A model generated the notes under the pieces. The model did no database searches, had not been told where the DNA came from, and was given only the letters and a program-made list of their open reading frames with translations. Made by a program: the position numbers and the translations under genes. A DNA stretch of 64,000 bases from Acidobacteriota bacterium (GTDB lineage Bacteria; Acidobacteriota; UBA6911), in NCBI GenBank assembly GCA_963664705.1, contig OY761556.1:6688001-6752000 (forward strand), read 5' to 3'. Shown piece by piece: positions 29,685 through 38,367 of this stretch; the stretch's first letter is position 1; each line of letters starts with the position of its first letter.

Positions 29685-30326
29685 ATGAAATATGGATCGC
29701 TGGTTGAGCTGGTTGGCTCCATGGAATGCTTCGATCTGCAGCTGCTTGTGCAGGCATTCGCTGAACCGCGAGAAATTATCCGGGTGCAGTTGTCCCGCTG
29801 GATCAGCGACCACAAGGTAATCAGTCTGCGACGCGGAGTTTATACGCTCCCAGACACCTATCGCCGCGTATCTATCGTGCCGGCAAGACTGGCGAATCAA
29901 CTCTATCACCCATCTTATCTGAGCGGCTTGTGGGCTTTGGGTTACTACGACATGATCCCCGAAAGAGTCGTATGGTTGACGAGCGTAACTCCTCGGGTGC
30001 CCCGTCGTTTTGACAATTCTCTTGGCATTTTCGATTATCGCAGCATTAAACAGAAGGCGTTTTTCGGATCTGTAACCGCACCCTACGGCGATCGGTCCAT
30101 ATTGGTTGCGGAACCTGAGAAAGCGCTACTGGATCATTGGCATCTCACATCGGGTGAGTGGACTGCAGAACGCCTTGAGGAAATGCGCTATCAGCATTGT
30201 CGGCAGGTGAATAGGGACAAGCTTCAAGCCTATGCAGATCGTTTCCAAAGCCCGCGCTTATATCGAGCAGCCGAACGCTGGCTGACGGTAACAGCCGAAG
30301 AAGAGAAAGGCACGGTTACTCTATGA
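29685..30326 (+). CDS. abiEi: Type IV toxin-antitoxin AbiEi-family antitoxin
   Basis: QLSRW...LRRGVY, PSYLSGLWALGYYDMIPE, AEPEKALLD; overlaps the toxin gene (ATGA). Confidence 0.88.
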   Translation: MKYGSLVELVGSMECFDLQLLVQAFAEPREIIRVQLSRWISDHKVISLRRGVYTLPDTYRRVSIVPARLANQLYHPSYLSGLWALGYYDMIPERVVWLTSVTPRVPRRFDNSLGIFDYRSIKQKAFFGSVTAPYGDRSILVAEPEKALLDHWHLTSGEWTAERLEEMRYQHCRQVNRDKLQAYADRFQSPRLYRAAERWLTVTAEEEKGTVTL

Positions 30327-31129
30327 GGGATCAGGCACTGGCACTTGCACGTGGAGCAAAAGATCCGGGGCAGGCGCTCAACCTGCTGCGAGAATATCTC
30401 CAAACGCTTGTCCTGCGATCATTTCATGAGTGTGAGGCATTTCGTAATCTGGCGTTTGTCGGCGGTACAGCGTTACGCTTCCTCCATAATCTGCCGCGTT
30501 TTTCTGAAGATCTCGATTTCTCGATGGTGTCTGAAAAGGGCTATGCCGGCATGGAGTGGATGTCGAAAGTCAAACGTGATTTGTCTCTGGCAGGATTCGA
30601 TCCCCACCTCACCTGGAATGATCGCAAGGTTGTTCATACAGGATGGATCCGGCTGGCAGGGCTGCTTTATGACGCCGGCATTTCCGGAGTGCCGGACCAG
30701 AAGCTGGCCATCAAGCTGGAAATTGACACTCGTCCACCGGCTGGGGCAATCTGCGAAAGAAGCATCATTACCCGTACCGTGACTTTTTTTGTCCAGCATT
30801 ACGATCTGCCGTCCATGATGGCGGGCAAGCTTCATGCTGCAATTACACGAAAATATGTCAAAGGCCGCGACTGGTATGATCTCCTGTGGTACAGGACGCA
30901 ACGTCCGCCAGTTGAACCGAACATTAATTTGCTTCAGAAGGCTTTGGATCAAACTCATCGTTCAGCCAAATACAATGCCCATGCGTGGCAAAGCTTGGTG
31001 AGTGATCGTCTGGCGTCAATCAGCATCAAAGATATTACCGGCGACGTTTATCCATTTTTGGAACACCCTCAGGATGCCGCACTCCTTACGCGGGAAAATC
31101 TGTCTGGTTTATTTTCAGTTCAACATTGA
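30323..31129 (+). CDS. abiEii: AbiEii-family nucleotidyltransferase toxin
   Basis: FVGGTAL...RFSEDLDF, IKLEID, K..A...R...GRDWYDL. Confidence 0.92.
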   Translation: MRDQALALARGAKDPGQALNLLREYLQTLVLRSFHECEAFRNLAFVGGTALRFLHNLPRFSEDLDFSMVSEKGYAGMEWMSKVKRDLSLAGFDPHLTWNDRKVVHTGWIRLAGLLYDAGISGVPDQKLAIKLEIDTRPPAGAICERSIITRTVTFFVQHYDLPSMMAGKLHAAITRKYVKGRDWYDLLWYRTQRPPVEPNINLLQKALDQTHRSAKYNAHAWQSLVSDRLASISIKDITGDVYPFLEHPQDAALLTRENLSGLFSVQH

Positions 31130-31138
31130 GGTTGCGCC

Positions 31139-31242
31139 CTTATCTCGCTTTTCCCGCTTTTCTCGCAAGCCGGGATAAGCTTGAAGTGCCCCTTGCGATG
31201 CTGGAATTTGCCGGAAAATTCTTGGGGGTTATTTGGGGGTAA
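31139..31242 (+). repeat. ~100-bp direct repeat B (3 iterons plus arm-type pair)
   Basis: cttatctcg cttttcccg cttttctcg caa...gaaaattcttgggggttatttgggggtaa; the first 30 bp match the reverse complement of 21538-21567 with one mismatch. Confidence 0.85.
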
Positions 31243-31369
31243 TTGGGAGGCAAAAACAGCTTTTGGTGAACAAGATGGACAAATCAAATATCCTAATTAC
31301 AGCTAATAACCATGAGGGTGCGACGCATATTCTTGATTTATCTGGATTTATGAAAAATGCTCCTGGAGG

Positions 31370-31414
31370 GACTACGAATCAAAAGGTCGCAAGTTCGAGT
31401 CTTGCCGGGCGCAC
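31370..31414 (+). repeat. Distal att repeat (duplicated 3' part of tRNA-Arg)
   Basis: 45/45 identical to 20007-20051. Confidence 0.93.
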
Positions 31415-31504
31415 TCTAACCCCTTCAATCCTCTTAACTTAAGCACCCGGTTCAATTCGCAACTCCTGTTCATGCTGTCCTTGGGGGCTATATGGGGGCA
31501 GTTG

Positions 31505-31654
31505 TGCTGTTTTTGCCTCTTCTTTGGGTTTCACTTTCAAAGCTTTACTCAATGCTTCCAATGCTTCTTGCCGATGTTCCGGTGATAGATGCGAATATCT
31601 CAGGGTTGTTGAATAATCCTAGTGTCTGAGGATTTCCTTCACCGTGTGCAGATC
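31505..31654 (-). pseudogene. Relic C-terminus of a second, related tyrosine integrase
   Basis: Manual translation DLHTVKEILRH*DYSTTLRYSHLSPEHRQEALEALSKALKVKPKEEAKTA versus PLATVKEILRHKDFEMTLRYAHLSSEHTRAAMNALGASL...KTA in the intact integrase; in-frame stop and missing 5' part. Confidence 0.88.
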
Positions 31655-31885
31655 CCGCAGGGAAAGCCTCAAAGCGGGATTGGTGAACGAAAACACGGAA
31701 AAGAAAGCCAAGCAACCCAAGGAGGGAAGCGGAGCATGAGCCCTGCCAGTCTTCAAAATATTCTCGCATCCGGTAGACGTTCCCCCGCATTTTGCGTTCT
31801 TGGATAGTAAGGGTTACTTGTTGGCAGCATGATTGCCAGATTCGTGAGGGTGGTGGTAGGCTCTTGAAACCCAAGGAGGTTTTCA

Positions 31886-32131
31886 TTGCGGAAGCCTTTT
31901 GATAAGAAAATGCATCAGCTTCAGAATAGCCTTTTGGTTGGCGTTCTAATATTCATTATTTCCTGCGTTATTGCCGTTACAGCAAAGAACAACATTGCCC
32001 CGATCCTATGGTCCGTGACTGTTATCATGGGGTTTGTTGGTTGCGCCGTTGTGCTGATATCGTCTTTTAGGATAGCCAATCACAGATTGGCTCATAAAAT
32101 CTTGTATCACAAATCCTCTGGTGGGGAATAA
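31886..32131 (+). CDS. Small membrane protein with 2 TM segments
   Basis: AAGGAGG RBS before TTG; two hydrophobic segments. Confidence 0.5.
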   Translation: MRKPFDKKMHQLQNSLLVGVLIFIISCVIAVTAKNNIAPILWSVTVIMGFVGCAVVLISSFRIANHRLAHKILYHKSSGGE

Positions 32132-32135
32132 CTTC

Positions 32136-32612
32136 ATGCTCCCCCTATTCCTGCTCGCTTTGTTCATGCCCGTTGGGGATGGTCTGGGACAAACGGATTA
32201 TCTTCTTAGCAGAGTAAATAAGATATTGATTCAGAAAGATGGCCTGCATGGCATAGGTAGCGGGGAACTTGGCAGGTTTCCTGTGGCTGAGTTGCTTGCG
32301 CAGGAACTATCTGCGAGAGGATATATTATCGTTGGCAATGCCTCCAATGCAGATGCCATACTTAAAGGCACACATACCGCCAAGATCACTCTTGATGCCC
32401 AGGATTTGCATAATCCCGACTACGATAGATATAAGTTTGAGCTTATAGCTAAGAATGGGGAAAGATTGTGGACAGCAACTATTACGATTTATGAAGGGGA
32501 AGCAAGGACGCTGAAAGACATTGATAAGAAGGCCTCCGTTCTGGTTGCAGATAAGCTGAACAAGGCAATTAGGTCTGCCCTACGAAAAATGGAAAAGCAA
32601 AGTGCACACTAG
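32136..32612 (+). CDS. Hypothetical exported protein
   Basis: Hydrophobic N-terminus; ..ADAILKG..NGERLW pattern. Confidence 0.6.
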   Translation: MLPLFLLALFMPVGDGLGQTDYLLSRVNKILIQKDGLHGIGSGELGRFPVAELLAQELSARGYIIVGNASNADAILKGTHTAKITLDAQDLHNPDYDRYKFELIAKNGERLWTATITIYEGEARTLKDIDKKASVLVADKLNKAIRSALRKMEKQSAH

Positions 32613-33283
32613 AATTCGATTTGATAAGTGAAACTGCGAGGGGTTGTTCAGGTTTAAGTGAGGCTGAAGAAGGTTGCTGAGAAATGAGATATAAATCTAG
32701 ATTATGTCTCCCATTGCTAGCTTTGGTCCTCATTCCGTTTGAAAGCTCATGTCGTAAATCGAAAGTGTCCCCAAACGAAAATGAACAAGTAGCTTTGGTA
32801 ACAGTAGGCGAGTTGACCAGAAACATAGCGAAGTATGCCAAGCAACTCGTTGAGGCCAAAGGAGAGATAGATGCAAATCTTATTGGCGCGAGAATTTGTG
32901 ATCAAAGCGGGTGCATTCCGATTGTTCTTCCTAAACAAGACTTTGACTTAGCAAGGGACTCCAAATATTTGGAATATCAACGTCTTTGTTTGGAGCGTAG
33001 TAGTTCTGGGGATCTAGTGCTAATTGGAAAGTTGCGGGGAAGGTACACGCGGGGTGATTTTGTGCTTCACAAAGTTGTTAATATTGAAGCTTTACGGTAT
33101 AAGCCCCCTCAAAGACCCAAACCCATCCTTGGGAAAAATATCCTTTGCAAAGTACATGGAGGGAGAATGGTGCAAGACAATGTGAAAATTGTCTATGGTC
33201 TGGTCAAATTTCCCAAAGACTATTCGGAAGCTGAAACGCGCTATTTCCCTAACTGGGGTTGACCCGAAACTGTTGACACGAAG

Positions 33284-34147
33284 TTAAGCGGCTTTGGCAG
33301 ATTCCTCATAGGCTTCAGGGCTCCGATAGCCCAGAGCCGAGTGAAGCCGCTGTCGATTATAAAACACTTCGATATACTCAAAAATATCTGATTGCGCCTC
33401 CTTTCTCGTTTCGTAATTTCGATGATAAATAAGTTCTGTTTTCAGCGTGGCAAAGAAACTTTCCATAACAGCATTATCCCAGCAATTGCCTTTGCGGCTC
33501 ATGCTGCAAAGAACTCCGCTAGATTTCAATAACTTCTGGTAATCCCCGCTGGCGTATTGGCTGCCTCGATCTGAATGATGGAGCAGACCTGGTGATGGGT
33601 TACGTTTGAAAAAAGCCATGCACAGAGCTCTTTCAACCAGATGTCGACAAATCCGGCTACCCATGGCCCAGCCAACGATCCTTCTTGAGTACAGATCCAT
33701 CACCGCGGCCAGATACAACCAGCCTTCTTTTGTTGGGATGTATGTGATATCCGCCACCCAAGCTTTGTTTGGCATTTTCACCGCAAATTCCCGGTTCAAC
33801 ACATTTGGAGATATCGGGAAATTATGTTTTGAATCTGTCGTAACTCTAAATTTCCGTTTCTGTTTGCCTTGGATCCTATTCTCGCGCATTAGCCTGGCAA
33901 TACGATTCCTGCTGTGTAATTTGGACACTGCCCGCAATTGCGCATGAATTCTGGGACTTCCGTACGCGCCCCGGCTTGCCCGATGAATTGCCCGAATTGC
34001 TAGTAATAATCGGCTGTTCTCTGCATTCCTCGGGCTCTCGGGCCGCTTGAGCCAAAGGTAGAATCCGGCTCTGGATACTTCAAGCACTCGACACATCAGC
34101 GATATCGTAAATTCATGCCGATGCGCTTGAATGAAGCCATACCTCAT
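33284..34147 (-). CDS. IS3 transposase OrfB (DDE domain)
   Basis: [38 protein letters not shown]; A7G -1 frameshift motif at ~34176-34183. Confidence 0.93.
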   Translation of the reverse strand: MRYGFIQAHRHEFTISLMCRVLEVSRAGFYLWLKRPESPRNAENSRLLLAIRAIHRASRGAYGSPRIHAQLRAVSKLHSRNRIARLMRENRIQGKQKRKFRVTTDSKHNFPISPNVLNREFAVKMPNKAWVADITYIPTKEGWLYLAAVMDLYSRRIVGWAMGSRICRHLVERALCMAFFKRNPSPGLLHHSDRGSQYASGDYQKLLKSSGVLCSMSRKGNCWDNAVMESFFATLKTELIYHRNYETRKEAQSDIFEYIEVFYNRQRLHSALGYRSPEAYEESAKAA

Positions 34148-34437
34148 TTGGATTCTTTGGCAAAGAACGCCGTCGCTTTTTTTAATATATCGCGCTCCTG
34201 ACGCAGTAAGGCATTCTCGCGCCGTAGGCGACGGAGTTCTTCCTCCTCTGGTTTCAAATGCCCAGATCCCGGAAATGCTTGAGAGGTGTTTGCGAATTCC
34301 TTTTTCCAACGTGTCAGCATGTTTGCGTTTATTCCCAAATCTCTGCTGGCCTGTGCAATGGTGATATTTGACTCGGTGAGCATACGAACTGCTTCGATTT
34401 TGAATTCCTTCGTGTACTTCCTTCGCTGTTTTTCCAT
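34144..34437 (-). CDS. IS3 transposase OrfA (HTH)
   Basis: [13 protein letters not shown]...[15 protein letters not shown]. Confidence 0.93.
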   Translation of the reverse strand: MEKQRRKYTKEFKIEAVRMLTESNITIAQASRDLGINANMLTRWKKEFANTSQAFPGSGHLKPEEEELRRLRRENALLRQERDILKKATAFFAKESK

Positions 34438-34686
34438 GACACACCCTCTGGTGGACTAGAATGTTCCACCCTTTTCAGTGTGTCAACGGAATCGGGTCAT
34501 GGTTAAACTCTCATAAGGTCGTTTTTGCTGGATGTGTGGTCGGTCCTGAGGAATGGGAAACGGTCTTGTATTGCCCCAAATGTCGAGCAGCGGAAAGCGA
34601 ATGGCTGAGAAAACACTGAAGTCCGAACTAATGGCAGATGTTAAATCAAGACTGAAGCAGGAGGGGTTGTTAAGGTTTGAGCGGGG

Positions 34687-35199
34687 CTATTTATCCTCCG
34701 GCCAAGCGGTCGCATCCCAACACATACCGTCAATGAGTGAATCAAAATATCGGGCAGCTTCTTCCGATGCATTAGTGTAAGTGATGGTCTCACCCAAAAA
34801 ACCTACAAACCTCCACCTGTTTCCATTTTCATGGATTCCATGGTAGTCAACCCCATATGGTTTTAGTTCTTTTTTCTTAACACTAATTGAGCCTTCCAAG
34901 AGCCTTTTTGCGGGGATTCCCAAAGACCATAACGGTCCACTCCCCATGGTCAGCCATTCACGATTCTGCTCTGACCCGTAGGCGATATTAATCCTTACAC
35001 AATCATCATCAGGTTGCGTCAACACGATGGCATTTTCTGGAGGTAATACCTTCATCTTCCATCCGACCCGTTTGGAGGAATCAGAGGACGAGCAGTGTGG
35101 GTGAGTCCCTTTGTCCTCCGCTGGAAAGCAAGCGGATAATTGCAAAAGCATCACCCCAAGCACAAGTAGATGCGAAATGCAGATTGAACGAACCCTCAT
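34687..35199 (-). CDS. Hypothetical lipoprotein or exported protein
   Basis: Hydrophobic N-terminus with LSAC lipobox-like motif; GAGG upstream. Confidence 0.55.
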   Translation of the reverse strand: MRVRSICISHLLVLGVMLLQLSACFPAEDKGTHPHCSSSDSSKRVGWKMKVLPPENAIVLTQPDDDCVRINIAYGSEQNREWLTMGSGPLWSLGIPAKRLLEGSISVKKKELKPYGVDYHGIHENGNRWRFVGFLGETITYTNASEEAARYFDSLIDGMCWDATAWPEDK

Positions 35200-35209
35200 T
35201 ATTCGGACC

Positions 35210-35929
35210 TCACGGAACCACAAGTTCCAAAATGCCCGTCGTCACGATTGGTTTTCCATTCTTAAGAACAGGTTGAAACACCCATTCGTGTATTGCAGCC
35301 AAAGCAGCTTTATCTGGGTCACCCCGATCATCAAAGGGTAAAGCGCAAAGTACTTCACCCCGTAATCCAACAGCTAGGTATATGGTCACAGGATAGCCCG
35401 ATTTTGCACTGGAAGGCCACTTGGGGGAGGGCTTCACCAATGCCCGTCTTTCGAGTTCATCCGATTCAAGTCTCACAAGTAAACCGTTAACATCCCGCAA
35501 TACACTGATACCAGATATGCAGGGCAACTCCACCTTGCCCTTGTTGTGGAAGATTCCCCAGGGTTCGCAGATCTCGTTTGGCTCAGAACAACTGACGAGT
35601 CCCAGCTTAATGTATCCGAGATCCCGGTCGACTCCTGTCGATATCGTAACATCAACGGATTGAGCCATAAGCTTAGGGGCTTTGACCTCAAGGAGGTAAC
35701 TTCCCGCTGGAAGGTTTTCAATCGAGAACTGTCCCGTTTCGGAAGTCATGCCTGAGTAACTGCATTTGGAATCCTCTTTGGAATAAAGCTCAACAATGGC
35801 TTTCAAAGGCTGTGCAGTGGTCCTGTCGATCACTTTCCCATGCAAACAGCCGTAATCTTCTCCGTTGGCAAATGGCAGGATGCAGAAGATTGCAACATAC
35901 GCAAGCAGATGGGGGAGGGGTTTGGGCAT
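35210..35929 (-). CDS. Carboxypeptidase-regulatory-like domain plus TonB C-terminal-like domain protein
   Basis: GKVID.TT.QPL...G.F.IENLPAGSYLLEV; C-terminal AALAAIHEWVFQPVLKNGKPI. Confidence 0.7.
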   Translation of the reverse strand: MPKPLPHLLAYVAIFCILPFANGEDYGCLHGKVIDRTTAQPLKAIVELYSKEDSKCSYSGMTSETGQFSIENLPAGSYLLEVKAPKLMAQSVDVTISTGVDRDLGYIKLGLVSCSEPNEICEPWGIFHNKGKVELPCISGISVLRDVNGLLVRLESDELERRALVKPSPKWPSSAKSGYPVTIYLAVGLRGEVLCALPFDDRGDPDKAALAAIHEWVFQPVLKNGKPIVTTGILELVVP

Positions 35930-35948
35930 GATTTTTTAAAATTCTTAT

Positions 35949-36128
35949 TTATTTTATAATGCCATCGTTCTGTTTTGACTTTGTCAGGTTATTTCTTGCC
36001 GCCCCAATAAAGAAAAACAAGACCCCGCAAGCAATGAATACAGCCCTAGCTTTAGGCATCACAATGGCGAGAATGAGAGAAGCAAAAGTCAATGCAAACG
36101 GAAGTAGCCTCACAATATTGGGTCGCAT
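35949..36128 (-). CDS. Very small membrane protein (59 aa, 2 TM segments)
   Basis: Manual translation MRPNIVRLLPFALTFASLILAIV...FIACGVLFFFIGAA...; GAGG RBS; below the ORF-track cutoff. Confidence 0.35.
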   Translation of the reverse strand: MRPNIVRLLPFALTFASLILAIVMPKARAVFIACGVLFFFIGAARNNLTKSKQNDGIIK

Positions 36129-36729
36129 CAGTAGATCCTCTTACTGGATTCGGAGATCACGGAGCTATTTATTACGCTTGTCGTTCTGAATATGCTGTTG
36201 CCTCAAGTATGGCACTACTACAAACAAAACCACTAAAACAATGATGACGATGTATTTGGTCATGGCACTCCGTTAGCTTCACCTGTGACAAAGATACTTA
36301 CTATCTTACCCCACTCCCATGCACGGGCATTTTAAAAAATCTTTTCCTGTCAGTGCTGGAGCCTTGCACAAGCATCCGAAGGGGTGGGGGGAGAATCCCC
36401 CGGCGGGGCTTGGAAAAAGAATGCTTACGGCAAAGCAAACGGAAAAGGCAATCAGACCTAGCTTAGAACCTCGTAGGACGGCTCAGGAGGGGCAATCATA
36501 AAGGGGTTGAGAATCAGTGCCAAGCAGGGAAGGAACGCAGATTCCGTGTGGGTACAGTGTGGGTAATTGGACGGAAGATAGCGGAAGTTGTGGAATTGTT
36601 GGAACACATGGAGAGTGCAGGGAAGGCAGTTCGGCTCGACCTTCTCGCAAATAAACTGCAAAAGGGCGGTCGAATACAGGGTACAAGTTTCAGCTTTGGT
36701 TGTTATCGCACTTGGGAGTATGAATCATG

Positions 36730-37209
36730 CTATTCCAATCGCCTAAACCGGTATTTCACGGCCATGTCGCCATAGCCCATTTTCCCATCTGCTGAAGGCT
36801 TTATGCCTTCCATCCCCGGCATTTTCATTTTGTCGTATTGAGGTTCCAGAATAAGAATATTGTCCCCCTCCATGGTGCATTTGAACGTCATCGATCCCAG
36901 AACGGGGAATGCGGATGCCATATGATGAACAACCAGCTCCTTGCCATCGAACTCGTATGTCCCGGCGTCCGCTGCTTTGGAGTTGGAGGAACTTGATTTT
37001 TCCGCTAAATCCCGGATCGCGCTGTAATGTTTCTCTGTGATGAAAATCATAAATGCTTTTGGAACGATTGTTTTCCTGTTTTCAATCGTTCCAGTGTCCA
37101 TCGTCTCGATGGACCACACGCCTCGAATCTTTTTCGCATCAACAGGGGCTGCATAACATAGCGCTAGAGACAACAGGGTTACAACGAGATAGAAAGAAAC
37201 ATATTTCAT
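36730..37209 (-). CDS. Exported protein, possibly lipocalin-like beta barrel
   Basis: Signal peptide, IRGVWSI, AGTYEFDG, terminal FRRLE. Confidence 0.65.
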   Translation of the reverse strand: MKYVSFYLVVTLLSLALCYAAPVDAKKIRGVWSIETMDTGTIENRKTIVPKAFMIFITEKHYSAIRDLAEKSSSSNSKAADAGTYEFDGKELVVHHMASAFPVLGSMTFKCTMEGDNILILEPQYDKMKMPGMEGIKPSADGKMGYGDMAVKYRFRRLE

Positions 37210-37401
37210 AAACGCCTCATCTAGTTGGTGGAGGTCAGACCAGTCCCAAATTCAAGAAACTGGCATTAGATCCAATGGAGCCAATTCCCATTGCCAGGAT
37301 GACGACGGCAAAGACACCAGAGAAGTGCCTTCGTTTCTCAATTCGCGGCTTTAGCCAAAATTTGTCCTCTGATTTTGACTTTCACAGCTTTGTGACAATT
37401 G

Positions 37402-38268
37402 CTATTTTGAATCCAAGCCCCAGCCTTTGAATAGATCCTTGTAAAATTGCGGCTGCTCGAAATCCGGAAGCATGGACATATATTGATCGCGGAAGGAATA
37501 GGGTCGGCCACCGCTTTTCAGGTTTTTCATCAATCCCGATAATTTCTCTTTTGGCACTGCAAAAATCACTTCCTCCTCAGACGTCAAAGCTCTCTGGTAT
37601 TCCCCTGGATCCGGAAGCACAAGGGAGTAATTCCCGGTCTTCATGGGATCCACAACGCAGTGTGCGCACGATGGAAGCAAGAGATAGCTGCTGATCGGAG
37701 GCGCGCCGCCGAGCATCATCGGGGTAAGCAATCCTCGCAGTTGCGCGGGATTCAAATAGATAAGGATAACGTCAGGCGCAAAAGAGGCTTTTTTCAAAGG
37801 AGCGGTAAGCGCGCCGACATATTTCCCGACCTCGAAACTCTGATAGGATTCTCCCAACTTTGCCATGGAAGCCGGTGTAGGCACCATTCCATAAGCCATG
37901 AGCGCAGTCGGGCACCAATGATCCTCCTTCAACATCGCTACAGTTTTTCCTTCTCGCCGTGACATGCCAAAAGCTTGGCATTGAGCGATGTGACACTTCC
38001 CATCTTTTTTCGGGCGGAAGGCGTCTTTCGGGATATCGGCTTCCTTTTCCAGCATCTTAACTGCCACAGGGGATGTCCTCAAAAGCAGCGATGATTCCAG
38101 GTCTTCTCCATATCTATGAAATTCACTTAAAACATCTGCCGGATCTGCACCGGCGGGAACCGGCTGATTTGCGGTTTGTGTGGCTGCCATCGCGGTGCCC
38201 GATGCCGTCATGGTCACGGCTCCCAGCCCAATTTCCAGCGCTTCTCGTCTAGTGTATTTATTGTTCAT
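37402..38268 (-). CDS. DUF169 domain protein with Tat signal peptide
   Basis: TRREAL twin-arginine leader; LRTSPVAVK, CQAF, DHWC, APL..A.F.PD, PSCA, PDPGE. Confidence 0.8.
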   Translation of the reverse strand: MNNKYTRREALEIGLGAVTMTASGTAMAATQTANQPVPAGADPADVLSEFHRYGEDLESSLLLRTSPVAVKMLEKEADIPKDAFRPKKDGKCHIAQCQAFGMSRREGKTVAMLKEDHWCPTALMAYGMVPTPASMAKLGESYQSFEVGKYVGALTAPLKKASFAPDVILIYLNPAQLRGLLTPMMLGGAPPISSYLLLPSCAHCVVDPMKTGNYSLVLPDPGEYQRALTSEEEVIFAVPKEKLSGLMKNLKSGGRPYSFRDQYMSMLPDFEQPQFYKDLFKGWGLDSK

Positions 38269-38367
38269 ATATGTCTCTCCTGATCAACGAAAACGCCATA
38301 GATGCACTTTGTCGTTATCGCTTGACCGATGAAGCGGCCCATGATTGCGTGAGCCATTCAATTAACT

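Larger units (their letters stand above)
20007..31414. mobile_element. tRNA-Arg-integrated satellite-like integrative element, ~11.4 kb
   Basis: Identical 45-bp direct repeats at 20007-20051 and 31370-31414; integrase, Xis, HTH and primase/helicase; AT-richer cargo. Confidence 0.92.
33254..34505 (-). mobile_element. IS3-family insertion sequence, 1252 bp
   Basis: Imperfect 26-bp inverted repeats (tggggttgacccgaaactgttgacac / taaccatgacccgattccgttgacac); 3-bp target duplication AAC at 33251-33253 and 34506-34508. Confidence 0.93.
32684..34619 (+). pseudogene. Putative lipoprotein with Cys/His-rich C-terminus, interrupted by IS3
   Basis: Removing the IS and one AAC copy joins ...RYFPN in frame to SHKVVFAGCVVGPEEWETVLYCPKCRAAESEWLRKH* (34509-34619). 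Confidence 0.85.

Noticed and set aside
20139-31129. Complete prophage or conjugative element
   Set aside because: No structural, terminase, lysis, relaxase or T4SS genes recognised.
31370-31414. Second tRNA-Arg gene
   Set aside because: Only the 3' 45 nt are present, with no D-arm or 5' acceptor strand; it is the att duplication.
33284-34444. 386-aa single-ORF transposase from the ORF track
   Set aside because: The N-terminal ~90 aa are the off-frame overlap of OrfA; the real product is the OrfA/OrfB -1 frameshift fusion.
25052-36263. Integron cassette array (many short AT-rich genes)
   Set aside because: No repeated RYYYAAC...GTTRRRY palindromic attC sites were found, gene orientation is mixed, and the integrase is a tRNA-targeting type. 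One gttagg at ~25614 is not enough.
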